Below are positions 29,946-40,827 of a stretch of 64,000 nt of DNA, in pieces. The DNA is from a phage: the sequence record QB031382.1, one strand, 5' to 3'. Every line of letters begins with the position of its first letter. Position 1 is the stretch's first letter. The notes beneath the pieces were generated by a model, which was given only the letters and a program-made list of their open reading frames with translations, was not told the DNA's origin and did no database searches. Both the position numbers and the translations under genes were made by a program.

Positions 29946-31151
29946 ATGATTTTCATCTACGAACATTTCAAAACCCGTAAAGAAGCAAGAGACCGCCGTG
30001 CAGAACTTGAGAAGAAGGGTTTCATATGTGCCATTGAGAAAGGCGACACAACCTGGACACTGGCAGTTGGTGCCCCAGAGTTGTTCGATCCTGACCGTGA
30101 CAGCGTCTGCTACACCCGTGAAGATTTTGAAACCCGCGAAGAGGCCCGTTTATTTCGATACGGTCTGGAAGATAACGGTAAGTACGCCATGATCTTAGAT
30201 TTAGGCGAAGGGTCCGTTAAACGTTGGGGCGTGGTATACCCACTGTGTGTTGTTCATGGTGTGGGGTTCACTGGGGTAGCAATCAAGTCAGAAGAACCTT
30301 TAGTAGAAGTCAAAGATCCGGTGCTGGAGGTGGTGAGCAGTGTATCTCAGCAACAGACTCGAAGTATTGAGCCTTTGGTAGTTATTTGTGGGGAACTCCT
30401 CCAGATCACCTGCAACGAAGGCATTTTTGAAATTCGCCGCAGTGAAAGTGAGGAAGTTTACCAGAAAGTCTTCGACCATATCTCTGCCCAGAAATATGAC
30501 GAGGCAATTGGTGAAATCCTTGTCTGGTTGGAACGCAAGAATGAGTTCACTACACTTGCAGACAACCTGATCATGAAAGATGGTAAGCTCTACTACTACG
30601 GTGTAGAGATGCGATCCACCATTGCAAAGAAAATTGAGAAAGATTATGCAGACGGAACACTAGATGACCGCTATGTGAAATTCCTAGTTCGCCTGCTACG
30701 CAATCCTTCTGCAAAATCTGTAAACATGCTCTACGATTTTATGCAGGCCAACGATATCCAGGTTGCAGAAGATGGTCGAATCATTTGCTACAAAGGGGTT
30801 CAGTTTAACGGCAGCAAGTGGGTGGATTGGCACAGTGGTAAAGTTCCACAATACCAGGGTGCTTTTGTATCCATGCCTCGTAACTTTGTAGAGGATGATC
30901 CTGAAGCTGCTTGCTCCTATGGCTTACACTGCGCCAGCAAAGAGTATGCAAAGAGCTACGGCACTGTAATGACTGTTATGGTTGATCCTGCAGATGTGGT
31001 CAGTGTGCCATACCAACACAATAGCGCTAAGTGCCGTGCATGCCGCTATGAGATTGTGGTAGCTCCGGAAGCACGCAAAGACGGAGACCCTATTGAATAT
31101 GTAGTTGATCGTGACGGTAACACTATCGACATTCTTTACGAGGAGGCGTAA
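29946..31151 (+). CDS. hypothetical protein with duplicated N-terminal module
   Basis: 401 aa; two about 35-aa repeats (FKTRKEARDRRAELEKKGF / FETREEARLFRYGLEDNGK); Cys/His-rich C-terminal part. Confidence 0.45.
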   Translation: MIFIYEHFKTRKEARDRRAELEKKGFICAIEKGDTTWTLAVGAPELFDPDRDSVCYTREDFETREEARLFRYGLEDNGKYAMILDLGEGSVKRWGVVYPLCVVHGVGFTGVAIKSEEPLVEVKDPVLEVVSSVSQQQTRSIEPLVVICGELLQITCNEGIFEIRRSESEEVYQKVFDHISAQKYDEAIGEILVWLERKNEFTTLADNLIMKDGKLYYYGVEMRSTIAKKIEKDYADGTLDDRYVKFLVRLLRNPSAKSVNMLYDFMQANDIQVAEDGRIICYKGVQFNGSKWVDWHSGKVPQYQGAFVSMPRNFVEDDPEAACSYGLHCASKEYAKSYGTVMTVMVDPADVVSVPYQHNSAKCRACRYEIVVAPEARKDGDPIEYVVDRDGNTIDILYEEA

Positions 31152-32521
31152 TGGAAAAAGGGCAGTATGATGTAGGCACAGATGCTGCCCTCGTTGCAAT
31201 CATGAGCGGTGAGAATGTCTTCGTTTCAGGACCTGCAGGTTGTGGGAAGACGTATCTCATCAACATGATCCAGTCAATGTATGGAGACTCTTGCATAACG
31301 GTTGCCCCGACAGGGGTAGCCGCTTTAAACGTTAATGGAGCAACAGCACACCGAACCTTCGATCTTGCAGCAGGTGTGAGCATGGAGTCAGACTGGACCG
31401 CAATAAGGGCAAAAACAGCAAAGCCTTTGAAAAGCAAGGCATTTACCATCCTAATTATCGATGAAATCTCTATGATCCGTGCTGATAAGTTTATAGAGAT
31501 GGATAGGAAACTCCGCTTCCTTCGAAAAAATGACAAACCTTTCGGAGACATACAGGTCATATTGTTTGGCGATTTTTACCAGGCACCTCCTGTTGTCTCT
31601 TCTATGGAGAAGGAAGCCTACTTCAACTTCTACCATACGGACCTGTGTTGCTATACCGAATCTTGGAAAGAGCTTGACCTCCACAACATAGCCCTAGTAG
31701 ATCAGTTCCGACAGGAGTCTATTCGATTTGCCACAATGCTCAACTGTGTTCGTGAGGGTCGTCGCATAAAAGAGGTTGTAGCAGAACTTAATGCTCGCTG
31801 TTACAAAGGCGGTGTACCAACAGACGCTCTCACAATTTGCGCCACCAACAAACAAGCGGAGGAAGTGAACAGAAGGTTCTATGATGCCATCAACGCCCCA
31901 GAGAAGGTATACACTGGTGAAATGAAGGGTAAGTTTCCCTCCACCCTGCCAGTTGAGCAGGAGATGAAGTTGAAAATTGGCATGAAAGTTATGATAACCG
32001 CCAACGATGTTGACCCGACGCACAAGGTACCTTATTATGTTAACGGAACACGTGCCACAATTGTTAAATTTAAGAACAAGGCGGTGGTGGTAGAGCTTGA
32101 AGATGGAACACAGGTTGACATAGAGCAGAGGTTGTGGGAGAATAACGAGTATAAGCCATCTCAGAGATACAACATTGCAGAAAGGAAGATGGAGAAGTTT
32201 ATAGAGAGGGTAGTGATTGGGTCATACAAGCAACTTCCTCTGAAATCTGGGTACGCCGTAACATCTCATAAAAGTCAAGGGCTTACGCTAGATTGTTACA
32301 ACCTAGACCTTGGAAAGAACGGAGCTTTCTCTCCTGGGATGACGTATGTCGCTTTGAGTAGAGTTAAGACAATACAAGGAATAAACTTGTTGCGTCCACT
32401 AAGAGAAGTTGACATTATTGTTGACCCGCGAGTCGTAGAGTTTTACAATACAACATTCCCTGACTTAGACAAAATTGTCAGGAAAGATTTTGAAACCAGA
32501 GTAGAAGAGGGGGACGTATGA
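31151..32521 (+). CDS. SF1B DNA helicase (Dda / Pif1 / RecD-like)
   Basis: Walker A GPAGCGKT, Walker B IIDEISMI, C-terminal TSHKSQGLTLD. Confidence 0.75.
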   Translation: MEKGQYDVGTDAALVAIMSGENVFVSGPAGCGKTYLINMIQSMYGDSCITVAPTGVAALNVNGATAHRTFDLAAGVSMESDWTAIRAKTAKPLKSKAFTILIIDEISMIRADKFIEMDRKLRFLRKNDKPFGDIQVILFGDFYQAPPVVSSMEKEAYFNFYHTDLCCYTESWKELDLHNIALVDQFRQESIRFATMLNCVREGRRIKEVVAELNARCYKGGVPTDALTICATNKQAEEVNRRFYDAINAPEKVYTGEMKGKFPSTLPVEQEMKLKIGMKVMITANDVDPTHKVPYYVNGTRATIVKFKNKAVVVELEDGTQVDIEQRLWENNEYKPSQRYNIAERKMEKFIERVVIGSYKQLPLKSGYAVTSHKSQGLTLDCYNLDLGKNGAFSPGMTYVALSRVKTIQGINLLRPLREVDIIVDPRVVEFYNTTFPDLDKIVRKDFETRVEEGDV

Positions 32522-32859
32522 GTTTGTGGAGAAATATCGTTAACTACGTGTGTGGCAATCCGACTCCTGAAGAGAAGGTTGTTGTGATTCACGATTTTAC
32601 TAAAAGATCTCGTGAAAAAGATCTACTGCTAACAAAGGTGACTGATAAAGATCCTGCAGTAGGGGACTGGGCAGGTTTTGCGTTTACATCGGACAAATAC
32701 ACCTTTAACAAAGGTGACTACCTTGTTGTAGATTTTAACGAAGACATTGAGGGTGCTGAACCTTACTATCAAACCCTTATTGTTGCAGGGTGTGTTAATC
32801 TCTCTGCAGGCATGCACAGTTTGATTCTTTTTGAGCTTGACTCTGAAGACCTTGAGTAG
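32518..32859 (+). CDS. hypothetical protein
   Basis: 113 aa, start overlaps helicase stop. Confidence 0.4.
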   Translation: MSLWRNIVNYVCGNPTPEEKVVVIHDFTKRSREKDLLLTKVTDKDPAVGDWAGFAFTSDKYTFNKGDYLVVDFNEDIEGAEPYYQTLIVAGCVNLSAGMHSLILFELDSEDLE

Positions 32860-32920
32860 TAAGATGTGAGTATAAAGGGGAGGCACTCCTCCCCACAAAA
32901 ACTAAGGAGAGCACCAAACG

Positions 32921-34249
32921 ATGAGTAAAACCAAATTAGAACTTACCTGGGTAGGTAAAAACGAGCGCAAAAAGTTAGAGCCGCACATTTTGTTAGAAGA
33001 TTCTAGCAAATCTTACCACAGCCAGAAAGTGACCGAAAACGATATTTTTGATAATAAACTGATTTTTGGAGATAACTTATTAGCATTGAAGGCGCTAGAG
33101 CAAGAGTATGCAGGCAAAGTGAAGTGTGTTTACATAGACCCACCATTCAATACCGGGAGGGCTTTTGAGCACTACGATGATAGCCTGGAGCATTCCATTT
33201 GGCTGGGCTTAATGAGGGATAGGTTAGAAATAATTCGTAATCTTCTGAGTGATGATGGGGTAATATTCGTTCACTTAGATGGTTGCGAAATGGCGTATTT
33301 AAAAGTTTTGATGGACGAGATTTTTGGTCGTGCAAATCAGTTAAATACCATCTCGATGACCACAAATTCCCCTTCAGGATTTAAGGCAACAGGAGCCACA
33401 GTTTTCTCCACAGCAAACTTTTTGCTTGTATATGCAAAAGATCGCAACCAGAAACCGCTTAACAAAATCTATATACCTAAAGGGTATGATACAGGATATA
33501 ACAAATACCTATTAAACCCGGATGACCATTATAAAAATTGGACGTGGTGTGGTATTGCCGATGCGTTTGCAAAGGCCCATGGCTATAAAGATGCAAAAGA
33601 AGCCAAGAAAAAACTGCCTGACACATTCGATGATGAATTAGCACAATTCGCAATTGATAATGCAGAACGTGTATTTCAATCTGTTGCAATTGGTGGTGGT
33701 GCTAAAATAAAGAGAAAAGAAACTATCGAGAAGTCAAAGAAAGATAGGGATAAGGTTTATGTACATCCAAATGAGGATGTTGAAGGATTTTATATCGCAA
33801 ATGGTAGGCAAATGGTCTTTTACTCCAACAGGCTTTTGGAAATTGACGGTGAGATGCAGCCTGCGGAACTAATAACTGATGTTTGGACAGATATTAGTTG
33901 GAATGGAATAGCAAATGAAGGTGGCGTTAGTTTCAAAAATGGTAAAAAACCAGAAGCGCTTTTGAAGCGGATTTTCGAAATGTGTACGCGAGAAGGCGAT
34001 TTGGTATTGGATTCATTCGGTGGTTCGGGAACTACTGCTGCTGTAGCTCACAAAATGAAAAGACGTTGGATCTTGATCGAACTGGGTGATCATTGTCATA
34101 CCCATATTATTCCGCGCTTGGAAAAAGTGATCGATGGCGAAGATCAAGGTGGTATTTCTAAGTCTGTAAACTGGCAAGGTGGTGGTGGTGGCTTCCGTTA
34201 TTACAAACTTACCCCGGCCTTAATTGCGAAAGATATGTCTGATCAATAA
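32921..34249 (+). CDS. DNA methyltransferase, beta-class amino-MTase (N6-adenine or N4-cytosine)
   Basis: Motif IV DPPF (CVYIDPPFNTG) precedes motif I FGGSGTT (DSFGGSGTTAAVA); strong RBS AAGGAGA. Confidence 0.75.
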   Translation: MSKTKLELTWVGKNERKKLEPHILLEDSSKSYHSQKVTENDIFDNKLIFGDNLLALKALEQEYAGKVKCVYIDPPFNTGRAFEHYDDSLEHSIWLGLMRDRLEIIRNLLSDDGVIFVHLDGCEMAYLKVLMDEIFGRANQLNTISMTTNSPSGFKATGATVFSTANFLLVYAKDRNQKPLNKIYIPKGYDTGYNKYLLNPDDHYKNWTWCGIADAFAKAHGYKDAKEAKKKLPDTFDDELAQFAIDNAERVFQSVAIGGGAKIKRKETIEKSKKDRDKVYVHPNEDVEGFYIANGRQMVFYSNRLLEIDGEMQPAELITDVWTDISWNGIANEGGVSFKNGKKPEALLKRIFEMCTREGDLVLDSFGGSGTTAAVAHKMKRRWILIELGDHCHTHIIPRLEKVIDGEDQGGISKSVNWQGGGGGFRYYKLTPALIAKDMSDQ

Positions 34250-34262
34250 AGAGTACAATCAA

Positions 34263-34568
34263 ATGATGAAACGTTATAAACCATACACTTTTGAAATCGA
34301 TTTCGAACTTGACGATATGTTTACTGTAGAAGCTCAGGCAGTTGTCCAGTTGCCAGACCCGGAGTGCCGTGATTCTGATGTTGACTATTACGGATTTAGA
34401 CAAATTACCGATGTGCATGTTTACCACAACGGTGAAGAGGTGGACCTCCACCAACTGCCAAACGATTTGCGACACTCAATTTACAAACGTGCAGCCCGTG
34501 AACTAGAGTCCTATCTGGATGCAGCGACGACAGCAGCTGCATTTGCTGAAGAAGTGGGAGGTTTCTGA
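34263..34568 (+). CDS. hypothetical protein
   Basis: ORF-track frame from 34224; first ATG at 34263; start uncertain. Confidence 0.35.
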   Translation: MMKRYKPYTFEIDFELDDMFTVEAQAVVQLPDPECRDSDVDYYGFRQITDVHVYHNGEEVDLHQLPNDLRHSIYKRAARELESYLDAATTAAAFAEEVGGF

Positions 34569-34966
34569 TGATTACAGGTGTGAAGATTATCCAATACCAC
34601 TTAACTAAATTGGAAGATGCTGAAAAAGAGCTTGCAGAAGTTCTGAATAGCGGATATACTTTGCTATCATGCGCCTGCTCAGATACCTACGCTGTGTGGA
34701 CACTTATCCGGAAGGAAGAGCCTGCGGGGATCTTGGTGCCAAACCCTAAGATCATTAGTGAGGTGGATGACTATGCTCAGGACGGCCTGCCAGAAGGCTG
34801 GGAAGTATGGGAAGGTGGTGAAAACCCTGCACCAGGTAAGTGGGTAAAATACAAACTACGTAGCGGTGCACAGTACGCTGACTACTCTGATGACCTGGAT
34901 TGGAGTCATTCTTCACCAGGATCATCTGCAAGTTCATATGATATCATAGCTTTTCAGGAAGAATAA
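34568..34966 (+). CDS. hypothetical protein
   Basis: 132 aa. Confidence 0.4.
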   Translation: MITGVKIIQYHLTKLEDAEKELAEVLNSGYTLLSCACSDTYAVWTLIRKEEPAGILVPNPKIISEVDDYAQDGLPEGWEVWEGGENPAPGKWVKYKLRSGAQYADYSDDLDWSHSSPGSSASSYDIIAFQEE

Positions 34967-34978
34967 GGAGATAGTGTT

Positions 34979-35461
34979 ATGTCAGATTTTATGTGGAAAG
35001 TAGGTTACGCAGCTCCTGAAATGTGTGAGGCTTGCTTTGTGAAAATAGGCCGCGAGGATATCGACAAAGTGATCCTTAAGTTTCGTGATGTGGCTGTGAT
35101 CGGCAACCGAGTGCTTAAGCACTTAAAGAATTTGAAGCTCACTAAAAAGAAGTTCTTCGGACTTTTCGAAGAGAAAGTTGATGCTTGGACCCATTGCATC
35201 CAGGAAGCTAAATCTCACTACAGTGCTATCGTTACTCCAGAACGGGTAGCCAAGATGGAAGGATTCATCAACAGCACAGAATTTGAGTGTCTGAAAGCTG
35301 CACTCGATAGTTATCCGAAATGCCTCAAGCACTTGGACAAGTATGTAGAAAAGGATGGGGAAATGTATCTCACCCTGGACGCATACTATGAGATGCAAGA
35401 AATTTTAAATTTAGATTTGACATTGGTATCCACCGAGTATACAATAGGTATCCGGGTTTAA
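34979..35461 (+). CDS. hypothetical protein
   Basis: 160 aa, RBS AAGGAGA. Confidence 0.4.
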   Translation: MSDFMWKVGYAAPEMCEACFVKIGREDIDKVILKFRDVAVIGNRVLKHLKNLKLTKKKFFGLFEEKVDAWTHCIQEAKSHYSAIVTPERVAKMEGFINSTEFECLKAALDSYPKCLKHLDKYVEKDGEMYLTLDAYYEMQEILNLDLTLVSTEYTIGIRV

Positions 35462-35466
35462 CACTA

Positions 35467-35494
35467 GGCCCTGCCCGAAAGGGTGGGGCTTTTT
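35467..35494 (+). terminator. rho-independent terminator
   Basis: Stem CCCTGCCC-GAAA-GGGTGGGG (two G-U pairs) then CTTTTT; same element recurs at 45952. Confidence 0.55.
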
Positions 35495-35512
35495 GCATTA
35501 GGAGACAGCAAA

Positions 35513-36277
35513 TTGAAATTCATCTACAAAGAACACTACCACAAAGGTGTTGTGTGGAGTCTATTTGACGGGTCTGGTGGTGCAGTTATTGACTGGGCAA
35601 AAGCTGGGTACCTGTGCCTGTGCTTTAATGCAGAAGGTGCTGACCACGGCAGTTATGCAGAGGTGATAACCGATCATCCAAATATTCACTATGTGGATTA
35701 TTGGATTGACCCATGGTTCCCTCAAGAAACTTTTTGCATGTATCCAGCTCCAGACTTTATTCTTGCATTTCCTCCGTGCACGCATTTAGCGGTATCAGGA
35801 GCTGCACACTTTAAGAAAAAGCTGGCTAAGGACCCACTGATCCAGATTAACGCTGTAAAGGATGCTCGGGTTGCAGAAGAGTTGGGAGAGATTTACGATT
35901 GCCCGTGGCATGTAGAGAATCCTGTGGGTGTTATGTCCACGCTGTGGCGCAAACCTGATTACCGTTTTCACCCTTCTGATTATGGCGGGTATTTACCGGA
36001 GGATGATGTAAACCCCTGGTTTCCTGAATTTATAGCTCCACGTGATGCCTATCCAAAAATAACTTGCGGCTGGATAGGTAATGGATTTATAATCCCGGTC
36101 ACAAAACCTGTCCCGCAAATAGTTGACGCGGTTAGCGGGTATTCCATGCAACACGCCAAGCTGGGGGGAAAGAGTGCAAGAACAAAGATGATTCGAAGCC
36201 TCACACCCCGTGGCTGGGCAAAAGCTGTATTCTTAGCAAACGAGCCTGCAGTAAGGAGCAGAATTAATGGGAAGTAA
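35513..36277 (+). CDS. cytosine-C5 DNA methyltransferase-like protein
   Basis: Motif I LFDGSGG, motif IV-like FPPCT (PCQ variant), motif VI ENPVG, C-terminal RSLTPRGWAKA resembling motif X; start taken as TTG after RBS AGGAGA, uncertain. Confidence 0.5.
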   Translation: MKFIYKEHYHKGVVWSLFDGSGGAVIDWAKAGYLCLCFNAEGADHGSYAEVITDHPNIHYVDYWIDPWFPQETFCMYPAPDFILAFPPCTHLAVSGAAHFKKKLAKDPLIQINAVKDARVAEELGEIYDCPWHVENPVGVMSTLWRKPDYRFHPSDYGGYLPEDDVNPWFPEFIAPRDAYPKITCGWIGNGFIIPVTKPVPQIVDAVSGYSMQHAKLGGKSARTKMIRSLTPRGWAKAVFLANEPAVRSRINGK

Positions 36278-38345
36278 ATTTATGGCATCTGCATACAACC
36301 GTTTCGGTGAGCCAAACCCGAAAGCAACTAAGTATAAAAGTGGGGGAAGTGTGAAACGAGACTATCGTGATGAAAAAGAAGTTGAAACTGTAGAGACTGT
36401 TTTAGAAAATACCAAAATTGTCCCCGTCCCACAACAAAATATCGGTCTGATGGCTGCACAATATTTTGGTGTGCGATCAGCATTATCCCAAGAAGATGGT
36501 GTGACAGTCACTGCAACATATTTCCCATATTACGACCGCTACGGAAATCTGTCCGGTTTCAAAAAGCGTGACTGGACGATTCCTAAAGAGCAAAGAGGCC
36601 ATTTCTCCGTTGTTGGCATAGTAAAGGCTAACTCTCAGATGTTTGGTCAAAAGCTGTGTGCATCTTCCAACAACCGTAAGCAGATTAACGTTTGTGAGGG
36701 AGAAGGTGATGTTATTGCAGCATGGCAGGCTGCATATCAGATACAAGTAAAAGGGATTCTCACCAACGCTAAAGCCCCGGCAAAGGTGAAACAGTGGGCT
36801 AAAGAGGTCCAGGACGGGATCGATGCAGTTATCAACGGTGGCGATCTGGCAGGAAAACCATGCCTGCCTTTTGTTGGAATTAACTGTGGATGTGCAAACG
36901 CAGTAGATACTTTTGCAAACAATGAGAAGTTTATCCGTAGCTATGGAACAGTTGTGCTGGCAATGGATAACGATGCAGCTAACGAGGTAGAGAAGCAAAA
37001 ACACGTCATTAAAGGTGTTGAGGCCACGCACAATATCGCAGCATTTTTGATGGCTGATAACGTTTACCACGTGGAATATCCTGGCGAGGTAAACGACCCT
37101 GATGGTGTAAAAGATATCCGTGACATGCTGAAGGCTAAAAAGCTGGAAGATATTGTAAACATGTTCCGGCATCCTGTTAAGTATGTGCCGGATGCTGTGT
37201 CGGATTTAGAAGACTTCTCTATCGAATCTTTGCGGAAAAAGACTTCCAACGGGGTAGATATCAGCGCAGAGTTCCCAAAACTGCAAAAAATGCTGAAAGG
37301 CTTGCACAAAGGGACACTCGTAATGCTTACAGGGCCATCAGGGGGCGGTAAAACAACTGTAGCTAAAAAACTGGAACATTGTATTGCAAGATACTTGATG
37401 GACCCGACATGCCCGAAGGCCGATGACTATGAAGAGGATGATCGTCTATGCATGATCCATCTTGAGGAGGACCCAGAGGAAGCAATTAACTCCTTGTATG
37501 CAAACCAGTTAGGGTTTGATGTTAAAGAGTTTGTTGAAGATCCTAGCCAGTTTTTAACTGATCAAGAACACGCAGAGATTCACCAATCATGGGCAAAAGC
37601 TGGAAAAATCAAAGTGTTCAAACATTTCGGATCTATTCCGGTGGACGAGTTGATTACCAAGCTTAAGCAAATGGTTTGCCTGTACCATTGCCGTTATATT
37701 GTGCTGGATCACCTGTCCATGGTAATTTCAGGGCTTAATGTTAAGGATGAGCGAAAAGAGCTGGACATGGCTATGACCCAACTGGCTGCGTTTTGTAAGC
37801 AGTTTAACGTGTTTATCCTAGTGATCGCTCACCTCAAACGTACAGAGATTGTGCCTCCTAAGGACAAGGATGGTAACCCGTTACCTTTCTGGTATCCTGT
37901 GCGAAAAGAGAATTTGCGAGGATCGGCTGGGCTTGAACAGTTGAGTTGGGTAGTCATAGGTGTTGAGGCTGAAGAAATGGTAGATCGTTCTCGTGGTCGT
38001 GTCCGTTTAGTAGGTCTTAAAAACCGTCCAGCAAAAACATTGGGTATTGCGGATACTTTGGTTATGGACCCACATACAGGTAAGTTCCATGATGCCAGTA
38101 ATTGGTACTGGGACAAAGAAATGCAGATGTTTACAGACGGAGAAGGTGGGGAGGTTGTTTGGAGACCTCAGGCCATGTTTGAGGACCAAGAGCATGCAGT
38201 TGTAGAAACACCTATGGGCAAGGTTGTAGCTGATAAGGTTGTAACTCCTACTATTAAGCCTGTTGACACGCAGGAAGACCTCCAGTACGATGATCCATCT
38301 TCTGATCCGGTCCCCGGTTTTGAAGATGATGAAACACCTTTTTAA
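36267..38345 (+). CDS. primase-helicase (TOPRIM primase fused to DnaB/gp4-like helicase)
   Basis: TOPRIM acidic motifs VCEGEGD and LAMDNDAANE; helicase Walker A LTGPSGGGKTT. Confidence 0.7.
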   Translation: MGSKFMASAYNRFGEPNPKATKYKSGGSVKRDYRDEKEVETVETVLENTKIVPVPQQNIGLMAAQYFGVRSALSQEDGVTVTATYFPYYDRYGNLSGFKKRDWTIPKEQRGHFSVVGIVKANSQMFGQKLCASSNNRKQINVCEGEGDVIAAWQAAYQIQVKGILTNAKAPAKVKQWAKEVQDGIDAVINGGDLAGKPCLPFVGINCGCANAVDTFANNEKFIRSYGTVVLAMDNDAANEVEKQKHVIKGVEATHNIAAFLMADNVYHVEYPGEVNDPDGVKDIRDMLKAKKLEDIVNMFRHPVKYVPDAVSDLEDFSIESLRKKTSNGVDISAEFPKLQKMLKGLHKGTLVMLTGPSGGGKTTVAKKLEHCIARYLMDPTCPKADDYEEDDRLCMIHLEEDPEEAINSLYANQLGFDVKEFVEDPSQFLTDQEHAEIHQSWAKAGKIKVFKHFGSIPVDELITKLKQMVCLYHCRYIVLDHLSMVISGLNVKDERKELDMAMTQLAAFCKQFNVFILVIAHLKRTEIVPPKDKDGNPLPFWYPVRKENLRGSAGLEQLSWVVIGVEAEEMVDRSRGRVRLVGLKNRPAKTLGIADTLVMDPHTGKFHDASNWYWDKEMQMFTDGEGGEVVWRPQAMFEDQEHAVVETPMGKVVADKVVTPTIKPVDTQEDLQYDDPSSDPVPGFEDDETPF

Positions 38346-38403
38346 TGTTTAACAAAGAGTGGGAGGGGTAGTACAACCGCCTCCCCTTTAAGGAGAACTG
38401 TAT

Positions 38404-40827
38404 ATGAGCATGTGGTCGTTCGATTTTGAGTCATCCGGTTTGCTGGAAGACCCAGATCTTTATTATCACTGCGGTCTGTTTAAAGAGTTGAATAAGAACC
38501 GTTTTATGCTGTTCCTTCCTCTAAATGACCGCACACACTACTCCGAGGAGGATATAGAAAAGGCTAAGAACTTCATTCTGGCAAAGAAAACTCTTTATAA
38601 AGATTTTGAAGTTCGCATAGCAGATTTTTCGGAGTTGGAAGGTTGGCTTACAGGAAATTCTGACTGGTCACCAACAGCTTTGAACTGCCATAACTGCTAC
38701 AGTTATGACTTTATGCTGATGGAAAGATTATCCGGTATTCATTTTGATATGTTCCGTGATCCTAAATGCATGGGGACTATCAACGACCACCAGGTTAACC
38801 TGTTTGATACGTTGGCGATGAGCCGAATCTTATGGCCTGATCGCCCTTTACCAAAAGGTTGTCCTGACTCCGTATTCAACCCGGTTACTAAGAAAATGCA
38901 GCCTGTTGGTCCTCACGGCCTTATGGCATGGGGCTACGCCCTTGGTAACCAGAAAGTTCAAATTGATGACTGGCGCGATCTTCCGTTGTGGAAGTATGTG
39001 GATCGTGTATTCGAGGACGTTATCATCCAGGAGCTGCTCTGGAAAGAGCTGGTAGCGGAATCAAAAGGTGTATTCTACGGCAAATCTGACATGCAGAACT
39101 TTATGTACGATCCTGCCAAAGAGAAGCCGAAAGGGTTCAAGAAGATCACCTGGAAGAACGCATTGCGCCGGGGTATGCTGCAACACTTCCTGATGGAGCT
39201 GCAGGCCCGTCAGGGTGTGTATTTTGACATAGATGGGGCTATTGCTTTACGTGACCGTTGCGATGCGTGGATGAAAGAAATCGCTGATCGTGTTGAACCA
39301 CAACTACCTTTAAAAGAGCTGTCAATGTCTCAGCGGCCCAAGTTCCCTGAAAAGCCGTTTAACCAAGATGGGACAATCTCCAATAATGGTTGGAAATGGT
39401 TAAAAGATAAGCTTGGCTATCCTGTGGACATGAGCGCTTTAGAGTTCAAAGCCCCACCTAAGCGAGCATTTACCTCCACAGGGGATGTCAGTAAGATGGG
39501 GATAAAATGGTGTGAAGAGATGGGCTGTAAAGACCCTGATAAGATGGCTGATTTCTTGAGGGGCTATATTAAGGGCACTTCCACACCACAACCTTTACCT
39601 AAAGAGCTAATGGATCAGGCAATAAGTGATCTACAGCAGAAGCGAATGCCTGACTGCAAGATACCTATGAAAATCAGCAATCAGGACGACATTAAGCGAT
39701 ACCTGATTAGTGCTGGTTGGCTTCCGACAATGTGGAGAACTAAGGATGTAACTAAAGACAGCAAGAAGAAAGCTCTACCTGATGCAGATGTTGATGCACG
39801 AGTATATGCATATATGGACGAGCTTTTAGAGTCAGAGTATTGTGACCTGATTATCAACTTCTGGAACAAAACTGATGCTAAGTTCCAGACAACCGTGCAC
39901 AAGTTCCGAAGCTTTCCTAACTCCGAAAGGATTAAAAAGGAAGTATTCGGGAAAATACGTAGAAAAGCTAGGGCACTTATTACTTCTCCGCAACTGAAAG
40001 ATACGTTTGGACACCTATGCCCTAATCTTGAAAAATTGAACGGAGAGATGGCTAAAGATATCGTCTTGTGGTTATCATTGCGAAACCGCAGATCGGTACT
40101 TGATCCAATTAAGGAGGATAAGGTTGATACTGGTCTTCTTAATCACCCACGTTTGAAGATTGACCATAAGCTTCCTGCTAAAAGTTCTGGGTTAACAAAC
40201 ACTTCCCGACAGAAACACAGTATTTGTGCGAACATGCCTAAACCATCTCCTAAAGTGGTTATGGGTAAAGAGATGCGTAGTCTGTGGGGTGTTCCTCCGG
40301 GATACTTTGAGATCGGTATTGACGGGTCCAACTTAGAGCAGCTTATCGGGGCTTGGGGTGCCTTTGAGTTCGACAACGGCTTGTATTATGATGTTGTAAG
40401 TAACGGGGACGCACACCAAAACAATGCTGAGGCATATACAAAAGTAGCAGGCAGAGAGGTGTCTCGTAACGACGGTAAACCTATCACGTATGGGGTTATG
40501 TACGGGGCACAAAAAGATAAAGTTGCAGACATGCTGGATATCTCTCCAGAGTTGGGGCAAAGGGTAATCGATGCGCTTTGGGATGCCAACCCCGGTCTTA
40601 AGGGGCGTAAAGAGGATCTAGAGAAATTCTGGGAAGCAACAGGTAAGAAATTTATCTACTCTTTTGACGGTCATGCCATTTGGACCCGCTCTAAACACTC
40701 TTTGCTTAATGCATATCAGCAAAATGGCGGTGCCTCGTTGTGCGACTTGGTCGGAATCCTCATGCACCACCAAATGGTGAAGCGTGGATGGTATGATGAG
40801 GGTGTTCGTCGTATTATTTATTACCAT
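38404..40827 (+). CDS. DNA polymerase family A, exon 1 (3'-5' exonuclease, polymerase motifs A and B)
   Basis: Exo motif FDFESSGL; motif A IGIDGSNLEQLIGAW; motif B RNDGKPITYGVMYGAQ; tail aligns with T7 gp5 up to just before HDE; the in-frame stop at 40831-40833 is intronic. Confidence 0.8.
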
